Of a stretch of DNA of 37,653 nucleotides, positions 9,973 through 18,260 are shown piece after piece. The notes under the pieces are model-generated. The model saw only the letters and a program-made list of their open reading frames with translations. It ran no database searches and was not told where the DNA came from. Numbering within the stretch: the stretch's first letter is position 1; each line of letters begins with the position of its first letter. This stretch comes from Arachidicoccus sp. (GTDB taxonomy: Bacteria; Bacteroidota; Bacteroidia; Chitinophagales; Chitinophagaceae): the NCBI GenBank assembly GCA_035497555.1, contig DATJDF010000259.1, positions 1-37,653 on the forward strand, given 5' to 3'. The translations under genes were made by a program, and so were the position numbers.

Positions 9973-11118
9973 TTGCACCTGATGGAGGAAAGGCCGATAA
10001 TTGTTATTTCTGCAATTCGATTTTTCCAGGGAGGAACAATTGTTATTGTCAATGAATGCCTTTGGTTCCTTTCCAGAAACTACAGTACCCAATACAAAAT
10101 CCTGGCACTTGTATATGACAAGTCCTTATTTGATAATATCCCCGCAATAGAATGGATAGAATTCCCTAAGGCGCGCAAAAGTGTCTTACGCCGCTTATAT
10201 TATGAATACTTCTATCTAAAAAAGCGCTCTTTAATCTGGAAACCTATACTCTGGTTATCCTTGCAGGATAGCACCCCCAATATAAAAGCTGCAATACGAG
10301 TTGCCTATTATCATAATCCATTATTGCTAAAACCGGCAGGCCTGCATTTATGGAAATTTCAACCCAGGCTTAGTGCTTTATGGCTTTTGTATAAATTTGT
10401 CTATACAAAAGGGATGAACCGCAATGATTATATTATTACGCAACAGCAACATGTTGCGCAGTTTTTAGCGGTTAAATATGTCAACCAGAAGGAGAAACTG
10501 TGGGTTTTCCCACCAAAGTCTTTCCTTGTTAAAAATAGCTTTGTTCAAAAGGAACCTTCTGTTTTGGCAATAGCGCCAGATTCAAATCCTCCCTTTACAT
10601 TTATTTTTCCAGCAACGGCCTTCCATTACAAAAACTATGAACTCCTCCTGGCTGCCTGTGAAATCTTAAACATGAATGGCCTAGATTACAGGCTTTTGCT
10701 AACAGTGGACGGTAGTGAAAACAAATATATCAAAAATCTTGTCGGCAAATGGAGCAAACGGTTACCTCAGGTAAAGTTTCTTGGGTTCCTGAATCGTTCA
10801 GATTTGTTTGACTATTACCTTAAAGCAGATTGTATGGTATATCCCTCCTTACTGGAAAGCTGGGGGTTACCACTTACAGAATTTTCAAATTTAGAGAAGC
10901 CTATAATATGTGCTGATCTGCCTTATGGCCGGGAATCTCTGGCCGGTTATACGAAAGTGCGCTATTTTGACCCTGAAAACCCCGAAATTCTGGCAGCATA
11001 TATGACTAGTGCAATTAAGGGCCAGCTTAATTTTAACCCCGGACAATTTAAACTTTCCTGGCAGCATATTGATGACTGGGAAGCCTGTTTTGAATTGCTC
11101 CTTAGTAAGGTTCAGTAA
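9973..11118 (+). CDS. GT4/GT-B glycosyltransferase, WbbK-like (ATG at 9982 is an alternative start)
   Basis: C-terminal YPSLLESWGLPLTE (E-x7-E) motif. N-terminus (IVISA..GG, IEFPK..S.LRRLYYEY, YHNP) resembles E. coli WbbK as I recall it. Confidence 0.85.
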   Translation: MHLMEERPIIVISAIRFFQGGTIVIVNECLWFLSRNYSTQYKILALVYDKSLFDNIPAIEWIEFPKARKSVLRRLYYEYFYLKKRSLIWKPILWLSLQDSTPNIKAAIRVAYYHNPLLLKPAGLHLWKFQPRLSALWLLYKFVYTKGMNRNDYIITQQQHVAQFLAVKYVNQKEKLWVFPPKSFLVKNSFVQKEPSVLAIAPDSNPPFTFIFPATAFHYKNYELLLAACEILNMNGLDYRLLLTVDGSENKYIKNLVGKWSKRLPQVKFLGFLNRSDLFDYYLKADCMVYPSLLESWGLPLTEFSNLEKPIICADLPYGRESLAGYTKVRYFDPENPEILAAYMTSAIKGQLNFNPGQFKLSWQHIDDWEACFELLLSKVQ

Positions 11119-12199
11119 TGCTTTTGTAGAAAGAAACCAGTTTTTTTTCTTCATGATTCCAATTATATATCTCCCTTGCCTTAAGGCAATTTGCCTGTAA
11201 ACGCAGGTATAATTGCTTATCTTCCAACAGGCGATTGATGGCAGAAGCGATAGAATCCGGCTTCAAATCATCAATTAGAAGACCGATTTCATATTCATTA
11301 TTGATCTTTTTATTTTCCGGGTAATTCATTGAGACCTGTGGAATGGCAGCGTGCATGTAATCAAAAAAACGATTGGAAAGAGACAGAAAAAAACTTGCTC
11401 CCAGATTATCATTTAAATTGAGTCCAATATAGGCCTGCCCGGTATATTGCCTTAAATCCTGTGGGAGGACAAATCCTTTGAAATCAAATTTATCAGACAC
11501 TTCTTCTCTCTGTATGCGCGACAGAACTTCTTCTAAGTAGGTGCCGTTTCCGCAGACAATAACTTTGGCATCAATATTTTTCATGGCCGGCACCAATCCC
11601 TCAAATCCGCGACCCTTTTCAACAACGCCCTGATAAATCAATGAATGTTCTCTTTTGTCATCCATTTTAGGGGTCGGCTGCAAGTACGGACTGTTCATTA
11701 CAATAAAATAGCGGACACCATACATCTTATAATAAGCCGCTGCATAACCTTCATTTTCTGTATAGCCCAATGGAAATCTGGGTTGGCAGAACTTCTCAAT
11801 GCTTTTCCAGATTTTATAAATACGGGGACGGCTAATTACATCATGCATCTCGCAAAATAATTCGTGGGCGTCAAATACGCGCTTACTACGGCGAATGATT
11901 GATGAGAATAAAACGGGTAATGCGGTATCTAAATCATCTGCGCATAAAACATCTGCCCGGTGTGTCAACAAATAGAGTAAAAAGCGGAAATTACTTTCTA
12001 TAAATAATAAGGGACCTTTTTGAAAAAACAAAGGGCATCTTTTCTGTTGATAAGGTTTGTCTCCAAGTGGTTTGCTGTTTTTTTTCCGGATGCCCAACAA
12101 CGTTACCTCAAAGCCGTTTTTTGAGAGGGAGGTACAGATTTTCTGCATTCTTTGATCATAAACCAGATCATTTGTAACGGAGAAGATTATTTTTTTCAA
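11102..12199 (-). CDS. GT4 family glycosyltransferase
   Basis: VTNDLVYDQRMQKIC, DDLDT, VFDAHE, YQGVVEKGRG, LSNRFFDYMHAAIPQ; TTG start; 3' end overlaps the previous gene by 17 bp. Confidence 0.88.
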   Translation of the reverse strand: MKKIIFSVTNDLVYDQRMQKICTSLSKNGFEVTLLGIRKKNSKPLGDKPYQQKRCPLFFQKGPLLFIESNFRFLLYLLTHRADVLCADDLDTALPVLFSSIIRRSKRVFDAHELFCEMHDVISRPRIYKIWKSIEKFCQPRFPLGYTENEGYAAAYYKMYGVRYFIVMNSPYLQPTPKMDDKREHSLIYQGVVEKGRGFEGLVPAMKNIDAKVIVCGNGTYLEEVLSRIQREEVSDKFDFKGFVLPQDLRQYTGQAYIGLNLNDNLGASFFLSLSNRFFDYMHAAIPQVSMNYPENKKINNEYEIGLLIDDLKPDSIASAINRLLEDKQLYLRLQANCLKAREIYNWNHEEKKLVSFYKSITEPY

Positions 12200-12241
12200 A
12201 AGGAGTCAATGAATTAATGGGGTAGCTGTTATGATGCGTAA

Positions 12242-12607
12242 TTAATGAGAGTTTTTATACTTTAGCTGCACAGGAACAACTCCTGTCTCAAGCATATCCA
12301 GTTTTTTGGCAGCCTTCCAGCTTAGATCTATAATTCTACCTGGAACAAAAGGTCCACGGTCATTTATCCGGACTTTTACTGTTTTACCATTTTGTAGATT
12401 TTTGACTTTTACTTTTGTGCCAAAAGGGAGGGTTTTACTTGCAGCGGTTAATTTCCTTTTACGGAAAATCTCTCCGTTTGCCGTTTTACGACCAATAAAT
12501 TGCCCTGCATAATAAGAAGCTTTACCCGTCTCACGAACTGTTCTTCCGCAGGACGAAAGCATCATTGAAAAAAGCGCAAAAATTGAAATGGATAAAAATA
12601 AACGCAT
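12242..12607 (-). CDS. rlpA: Septal ring lytic transglycosylase RlpA family lipoprotein (DPBB domain only)
   Basis: Lipobox LSSC; [34 protein letters not shown]. Confidence 0.93.
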   Translation of the reverse strand: MRLFLSISIFALFSMMLSSCGRTVRETGKASYYAGQFIGRKTANGEIFRKRKLTAASKTLPFGTKVKVKNLQNGKTVKVRINDRGPFVPGRIIDLSWKAAKKLDMLETGVVPVQLKYKNSH

Positions 12608-12629
12608 AAAATTCTTTATTCAAAATATA

Positions 12630-12665
12630 AACGGCTGAAAAGAAGAATTATTTCTTTCAGCCGTT
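12630..12665 (-). terminator. Probable terminator of gcvT
   Basis: AACGGCTGAAA(A)GAA ... TTCTTTCAGCCGTT inverted repeat between gcvT and rlpA, with T-rich flanks on both strands. Confidence 0.65.
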
Positions 12666-12755
12666 AGCTTTTTTATATCAACCCTATTATTATCAAAACC
12701 TTTGCCAATTTGAGGCAGGTAGGAGATATGATTGAAAAGGAAGGTTCAGGACAGT

Positions 12756-13847
12756 TTATTCAAATGGTGTCTTTACCACTTTTGCCTTTATCCCCTTGTC
12801 TCTGATAGAAATGAAGATTTCCTTGTCCAGGCTGGCATGCGTTAGGTTGACATAACCTAATCCAATTGCTTTGCCGAGTGTAGGCGCCTGGGTGCCACTT
12901 GTAACATGCCCGATTTCTGCACCTGCATCATCCAAAATCAAATAATCGTGACGGGGAATCCCACGCTCCAGCATTTCAAAACCAATCAGTTTTTTGGTAA
13001 TGCCTGAGGCTTTTTGTTCAATCAATTGCTGTTTGGAAGGGAAATCGTTCGTTTTTTTCAATTTGGTGATCCAACCCAGACCAGCCTCCAGGGGGGAAGT
13101 ATTGTCGTTAATGTCATTACCATAGAGGCAATATCCCATTTCCAGACGCAGCGTGTCGCGTGCTCCGAGTCCGCAGGCTTTAATTCCGGCGTTTTTACCT
13201 GCCTCAAATATGGCATTCCAGATCTTTTCAGCGTTATCATCTTTGTTTTCAAAGTAAATTTCAATACCGCCGGCACCGGTATAACCTGTAGCGCTGATGA
13301 GTACATCCTCAATACCTGCGAATTTGCTTTTCTCGAATGTATAGTATTTTAATAGCTGTAAGTCAGTCGGGGTGAGTGGCGCCATTAGTTTACAGGCATT
13401 GGGTCCCTGAATAGCTAAAAGACAAGTCTGGTCACTGATATTGATCATCTCCACTCCCTTGTCATTGTGTTTTAGGATCCAGTTCCAGTCCTTTTCAATA
13501 TTAGAGGCGTTGACAACCAACAGATAAGTGCTGTTTTGCTCTAAACAGTAGATGATCAGATCATCCACGATGCCTAATTGATCATTGGGCAGACAGCTAT
13601 ATTGCGCCTGGCCATTGGTCAATTTAGAGGCGTCATTGCTAGTAACACGTTGAATCAAATCCAGCGCATTTTCACCTTTTAATAAAAACTCACCCATGTG
13701 ACTAACGTCAAAGACACCCACGCTATTACGAACAGCAAAATGTTCATCATTAATGCCTGAGTAACTGATCGGCATATTATAGCCGGCAAATTCTGCCATT
13801 TTCGCCCCTAACGCCACATGTTTATCTAAAAAAGGAGTACTTTTCAT
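12756..13847 (-). CDS. gcvT: Glycine cleavage system aminomethyltransferase T
   Basis: [45 protein letters not shown] 13847 (MKSTPF) preferred over the upstream start in the ORF track. Confidence 0.96.
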   Translation of the reverse strand: MKSTPFLDKHVALGAKMAEFAGYNMPISYSGINDEHFAVRNSVGVFDVSHMGEFLLKGENALDLIQRVTSNDASKLTNGQAQYSCLPNDQLGIVDDLIIYCLEQNSTYLLVVNASNIEKDWNWILKHNDKGVEMINISDQTCLLAIQGPNACKLMAPLTPTDLQLLKYYTFEKSKFAGIEDVLISATGYTGAGGIEIYFENKDDNAEKIWNAIFEAGKNAGIKACGLGARDTLRLEMGYCLYGNDINDNTSPLEAGLGWITKLKKTNDFPSKQQLIEQKASGITKKLIGFEMLERGIPRHDYLILDDAGAEIGHVTSGTQAPTLGKAIGLGYVNLTHASLDKEIFISIRDKGIKAKVVKTPFE

Positions 13848-13874
13848 CGTTTTGAAGGTTGTTAAATTAGGGGG

Positions 13875-13882
13875 CAAAAGTA
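13875..13882 (-). promoter_or_regulatory. Bacteroidota -7 promoter element for gcvT
   Basis: Minus strand reads TACTTTTG (TAnnTTTG consensus) about 28 nt upstream of the ATG. Confidence 0.6.
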
Positions 13883-14020
13883 ACAAATGTTAGCCGTTAC
13901 CCGAAAAGAATTTAGATGATTGAAGCAAACGATTTCGTAGCTGAAATCACCGACATTTTAGAGCTGGTTTTCTATTTAAAAGAGTGGATTTTCTGGTAGT
14001 ATTAAAACGTATTTTAATTA

Positions 14021-14144
14021 CTATAACTGGCCATAACCCTGTTTTTTTATGAGTTGTGGCGAGATATAGGTTGGTTATAATCCGCCATAACTCCTTTTTT
14101 TTGGCACTTGTGGCGAGATATAGGACCTTATATTTCGCCACAAC
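14021..14144. repeat. Five 17-bp repeats (YTATAWYYSGCCAYAAS) in alternating orientation, period about 54 bp
   Basis: +14021 CTATAACTGGCCATAAC; -14053..14069 CTATATCTCGCCACAAC; +14075 TTATAATCCGCCATAAC; -14107..14123 CTATATCTCGCCACAAG; +14128 TTATATTTCGCCACAAC. Confidence 0.9.
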
Positions 14145-14560
14145 TTAATTATTTTTTATCTTTATGCATAAGAATTGTACATATTTATTTCCTTATTGAA
14201 AGTTCACACCCCAAAAACAAACGTACTAACTCAAGCCACACAGACAAACGGTTAAATGCTTCAAGGGAACTCCATCGGTCCCCCGGAAATCAGATGGATT
14301 GGCCGCCAACTACACGAGATCATAGCCCCTCATCCCTCAAACAACAGACTCCTTCCCCGCATAAAATACAACTGCAAATGTGCAGTCCACGAATAAAAAT
14401 TTCTGCTACTTTGATATTATTAATAGATTTTTCTGGCTGTTAAACAGACGGCAGGCCGGACAGATTCTTTCCGAAGGAAACTGCTTTATTGACATTGATA
14501 ATAGGGAAATAAAAAAGGCCAAGAAGCTGATCAACAATTGACCAATACGAAAATTTGGTT

Positions 14561-14722
14561 ATGAAAATACAAATGGAGTATTTTTGCGCATCGAAGGCAC
14601 CGTTGCAGTTATTGCTTGAACTGAAAGAATTTATTGACAGTATAGAAGATGAAATGAGGCTGAAGCAACAAAAGGAAAATGCAAATTCGCAAGAAACGAA
14701 TTGGGGTGATTTACCTTTCTAA
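14561..14722 (+). pseudogene. 53-aa ORF, likely the 3' remnant of a frameshifted gene, ending in acidic DLPF
   Basis: MKIQMEYFCASKAPLQLLLELKEFIDSIEDEMRLKQQKENANSQETNWGDLPF. A coding-like stretch in another frame (ILSEGNCFIDIDNREIKKAKKLINN) lies just upstream. Confidence 0.5.
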
Positions 14723-14731
14723 AAAAAAATT

Positions 14732-16017
14732 ATGACCATAGCAGAAATAAGACAGCTTAAAGAAAGTGAAGATAAGATAGAGTTTAAAGAGACGACTTCA
14801 GCATTACCGATTTGGATGAAGCAGCCATCAAAAAAATGAAAGAAAGCTATGCACGCAAGCAAAATAATCCCGGATTTCTTCAGCTCAGCACTGAACAGGT
14901 ATTAATCGACCTAAAACTGCTTGAAAATAACAAGCTAAATTATGCAGCTTTGATCTTGTTGGCAAAAAAAGAAATAATTCATGCCAAACTACCAAAAAGT
15001 AAGACCATTTGGGAGTTCCGCAATAGCGAAGCGCAAATATACCACGATACCCGTGAGATCATCGACGAGCCACTGTTTCTTTCCATCGACAGCATTTGGA
15101 AACTCGTCAATCAACCCACACTCAATAGAAAGCATCCGGTGCCTATATATTTGATTTGTATGACTTCAACGAAGAAGTGATTCGTGAAGCCGTTTTGAAC
15201 GCCATAGCTCACAGAGATTACACGATTACCAGCGAAGTACTAATAAAACAATACCCCAACAAAATCAGTATTGCCAATCCCGGAGGCTTTCCTAAAGGCG
15301 TAACCGTAGAAAACATTCTTACGGTTAGCAGCACTCCAAGAAGCCGTTTAATGACTGAGATACTTGAAAAGACAGGACTGGTGGAACGCAGTGGTCAGGG
15401 CATAGATTAAATCTTCTCCATCACATTATCCGAGGATAAAGCCGAACCGGATTATAAAAGCTCAGATATGTTTCAGGTATTGCTTACCCTGCGGACTGAA
15501 ATTATTGACAAGGCGTTCCATGTATATGTTAGTCAATACCAGAACAGTGAAAAAGAACCCAAATTGGGCGTAGAGCAAATTATTGCCCTCTGTAAAATTC
15601 GTAACAGTATTTTTACAAAACTTGAACCCTGAAATCGTCAGCCAATTAGAAAAATCGGGTTTGATAGAAAAGACTTCAGGGCATAGCAACCGATATACCC
15701 TTTCACAGGAGTATCATAGTCTGGTCAACGATGGGTTAAAAATCGGCAAAAGATATATTGTCAAAGAAATAGAATTATTACTAATTGCCTTACAAGGAAA
15801 TGCATTAGAAACAGGCGATTTGGAAGAGATATTGAGAGATGCTTTATCAAGAAATCAGATAAACTATTTGAAGAGGAAGCTATTAGAAGATCAGGTATTG
15901 AAAGTAGAGGGGAGGATTAAAGGAGCCAGATATTCTGTCGTAGATAAATATAACGCTTTAAGAGGCGATGTATTATTAAACGCAGTTATTGCCGAGCTAA
16001 GGGGTAAATATGAATAG
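14732..16017 (+). pseudogene. Schlafen/AlbA_2 - HATPase_c_4 ('RecG C-terminal') - winged-HTH protein, disrupted
   Basis: MTIAEIRQLKESEDKIEFKE (AlbA_2 start), out-of-frame jump near 14790 to DFSITDLDEAAI, frameshift near 15140, VIREAVLNAIAHRDY...NPGGFP...GLVERSGQGID, in-frame TAA 15408-15410, frameshift near 15612, HTH-like C-terminus. Confidence 0.85.
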
Positions 16018-16044
16018 GTAGTTAATTGTTTATATAGGGTCAAA

Positions 16045-16263
16045 AATTCTCTGTATGCTACTAATAAAAAGTTTATTATAATGCTGAAATGGGCAGTTGA
16101 ATTCTTTGTATTAAAACTGTAAATATCAGAATGTCAATATAAATATATGTATAATATTGATATTAAATCATTTAAATAAAATAGCGACAAAATTTCAATT
16201 CTCTGTATCCGCCCCCGAATTCTCTGTATTTATCAGAAACCGCACAAATTCAATTCTCTGTAT
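16045..16263 (+). repeat. Five direct 12-bp repeats AATTCTCTGTAT flanking an AT-rich core
   Basis: Copies at 16045, 16100 (one mismatch, AATTCTTTGTAT), 16197, 16218 and 16252. Very AT-rich segment at about 16112-16196 with nested inverted repeats. Confidence 0.88.
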
Positions 16264-16762
16264 CGAGCAGCCGATAATCTAAAAAACTTAGGTTCTTCGT
16301 TAAAATAAATGGAAATCCACTGTTTGAAGTTTACTTAGGAATTCAGCATTGAATGCTATTAGACCTACACAAATGAGGGTCTTATAAACTACCAGCTATT
16401 GACAAACCTTACCACCAAGCACTTTCAACTAAAGATGATGAAGAACCACATTTTACCTTGACAAATACTTGAATACTTCGTTCAGGGCACCCTCATGACT
16501 AGAAAACCACCTACTTTTTTAACACTCCTTTATAGCCAATTATGTTAATGCGCAACTTGGGTTAAGAGCGGGTACTGGTTGATTTTTTCCAAACTGTATG
16601 GATATTCCGCTTCATGGATTGCAGCATATTTATTTCTTTAAGATTACAAATACGCCACCCAAAAGTAACCTGACTCAAATCTGGTTCAAACAATAAAGGG
16701 CCTCTTCGTTAATAGCAACTAAAATAAGCAGAAAACGCCCCTACCTAGCTTCATTTTTATAG

Positions 16763-16861
16763 ATTTGGCAATGACAAAGCGTTATAGACAAAGGCTTACC
16801 ATCCCCTATAGACGGCCTTTCCAAAATTAGAAAAAACTTAAAAGATTTGATAACAAGATGA
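16763..16861 (+). pseudogene. Probable C-terminal remnant of PRTRC system protein B (prokaryotic E2 family D)
   Basis: IWQ*QSVIDKGLPSPIDGLSKIRKNLKDLITR* resembles the LW..L.....PFP...L.K....LKDL tail of protein B as I recall it. Its TGA overlaps the ThiF ATG (ATGA at 16858-16861). Confidence 0.5.
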
Positions 16862-17243
16862 AAAGAAACAAAACAAAACAGTTATACAGAAACAGGCAGT
16901 GCATTTTACCGCGGCATATTTAACAGAGCCGACCAATCCCATTATTGTAAATCTAATCGGTGCTGGTGGAATAGGCTCGCAAACGCTTACCGCGCTTGCA
17001 AGGATGAACCATTCTTTAATTGCATTGGGACATGCTGGCTTGCGCATAAGATTGTTTGATGATGATATTAATACGGATGCCAACTTAGGCAGGCAGCGTT
17101 TTGCTGAAAATGAATCAGGCTTATATAAATCCGTTGCGCTTATTAACAGAGCTAACCGATTCTTCAATACGAACTGGAAAGCCATAACAAAGAAATTTAA
17201 ATACGGGAAAAAAAACGCCATAAAATTAAGGTTCAAAATTTAA
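16858..17243 (+). pseudogene. PRTRC system ThiF (E1-like) family protein, frameshifted at the start and C-terminally truncated
   Basis: VHFT..YL..PTNPI.VNLIGAGG.GS, LARMNHSLIALGHAGL, DDD...ANLGRQRF, KSVALINR.NRFF.TNWKA. ATG 16858 is out of frame by one A; similarity ends near 17200. Confidence 0.85.
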
Positions 17244-17295
17244 TCCCGATTGTTGAATTTAAAGAAGGGAATAGAAAAATAATCGGAAAAATATG

Positions 17296-17303
17296 TATGT
17301 TTG
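17296..17303 (+). promoter_or_regulatory. Bacteroidota -7 promoter element
   Basis: TATGTTTG about 50 nt upstream of ATG 17354; it overlaps ATG 17297, which argues against that start. Confidence 0.55.
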
Positions 17304-17353
17304 CCGCGTCAGGCTATAGAAAATATGCGGTTCGCTTTTTCAACCATTATACC

Positions 17354-18256
17354 ATGTCAGGTCATCCTAACCATTCAAAATCGGCTCAGGATTATATTTG
17401 TCCTAACTGCCAACATCTGGCAAACGAAAATTATTGCCCACAGTGCGGCCAGGAAACGCATCTGCATAAAGACACCTTCTTGGGACTACTCTCCCATTTT
17501 GTTGCCCATTATTTCCACTATGACAGCAAATTCTGGAATACTTTAAAAGCACTGGTTGTTTCACCAGGTAAACTGACGATTGCCTACCGGGAAAAAAAGC
17601 GACAGCGGTATATTCCTCCAATTTCACTTTATATATTTGTTAGTATCGTATTTTTCCTATTGTTTTCCATCTTCCAAAAATCGGTGATCAATGTAAACGT
17701 TTCATCCGGCAAAGATTCAATTGCCATTCAACAAAATGTCGAACATACACGCCACATTACAGATATCCTCGAGAAAAACGCTAAGAAGGAAAACCGGTCA
17801 TTATCGACCTTTGAAAAAATGAATGGCAAAATGGGTGATGGTGTCATGAATGAATTGGGAAAGTCACCAGAAGTATTTAAGGAGAAATTGGTGCATACCT
17901 TCCCCAAGATTTTCTTTTTTATGATTCCGTTTATGGCCCTCATTTTAAAGCTGTTTTTCGTGCGGGATAAACGATTGTACTTTGTGGACCATGCTGTTTT
18001 TGCATTGCATATGCACAGTTTTATATTTATACTATCACTGATTGCTCTGGTTAATCCATTTGAAGGGATACAGGACAGTGTTTCGATGATTACAATGGCA
18101 ATTTGTATTGTATATATGATTATTGCGCTCAGGCGTGTATACAAACGCAGCTGGGGTTTGTCCGTTTTAATCGGCCTTTCCACAACTGCGCTTTATTTTA
18201 TTTGTTTATTCCTGGTTCTTTTTCTGGATTTATATATTCTGTTTGGGGCTCATTAG
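17354..18256 (+). CDS. DUF3667 domain membrane protein
   Basis: CPNC...YCPQCGQ zinc ribbon, FHYDSKFWNTL...PGKLT..Y...KRQRYIPP..LY, several TM helices, YFVDHAVFALH. Confidence 0.88.
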   Translation: MSGHPNHSKSAQDYICPNCQHLANENYCPQCGQETHLHKDTFLGLLSHFVAHYFHYDSKFWNTLKALVVSPGKLTIAYREKKRQRYIPPISLYIFVSIVFFLLFSIFQKSVINVNVSSGKDSIAIQQNVEHTRHITDILEKNAKKENRSLSTFEKMNGKMGDGVMNELGKSPEVFKEKLVHTFPKIFFFMIPFMALILKLFFVRDKRLYFVDHAVFALHMHSFIFILSLIALVNPFEGIQDSVSMITMAICIVYMIIALRRVYKRSWGLSVLIGLSTTALYFICLFLVLFLDLYILFGAH

Positions 18257-18260
18257 AAAG

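Larger units (their letters stand above)
13950..17250. mobile_element. Decayed integrative-element relic (boundaries approximate)
   Basis: 3.3 kb between the divergent gcvT and DUF3667 promoters containing only broken genes typical of mobile cargo (PRTRC, Schlafen-HATPase) and two repeat arrays. No integrase or att duplication seen. Confidence 0.65.

Noticed and set aside
13848-13950. Glycine riboswitch upstream of gcvT
   Set aside because: The -7 box lies about 28 nt from the ATG, leaving no room, and no aptamer motif was recognised.
13947-14141. 64-aa minus-strand ORF with an 18-aa repeat (LYLAT..KK..LW)
   Set aside because: The repeat simply mirrors the 54-bp DNA period, and the motif occurs on both strands, so a non-coding array is the simpler explanation.
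14021-14144. Possible mini-CRISPR
   Set aside because: Repeats alternate in orientation, spacers are 4-15 nt, and there are no cas genes.
14108-14443. 111-aa + strand ORF
   Set aside because: Starts inside the repeat array; S/P/H-rich composition with no recognisable domain.
16270-16760. Additional gene relics or small hairpins in the island
   Set aside because: Only short stop-ridden frames and 5-6 bp stems; nothing assignable without BLASTx.
13900-17300. att-site direct repeats or a tRNA at the island borders
   Set aside because: None found by eye, so the boundaries remain approximate.
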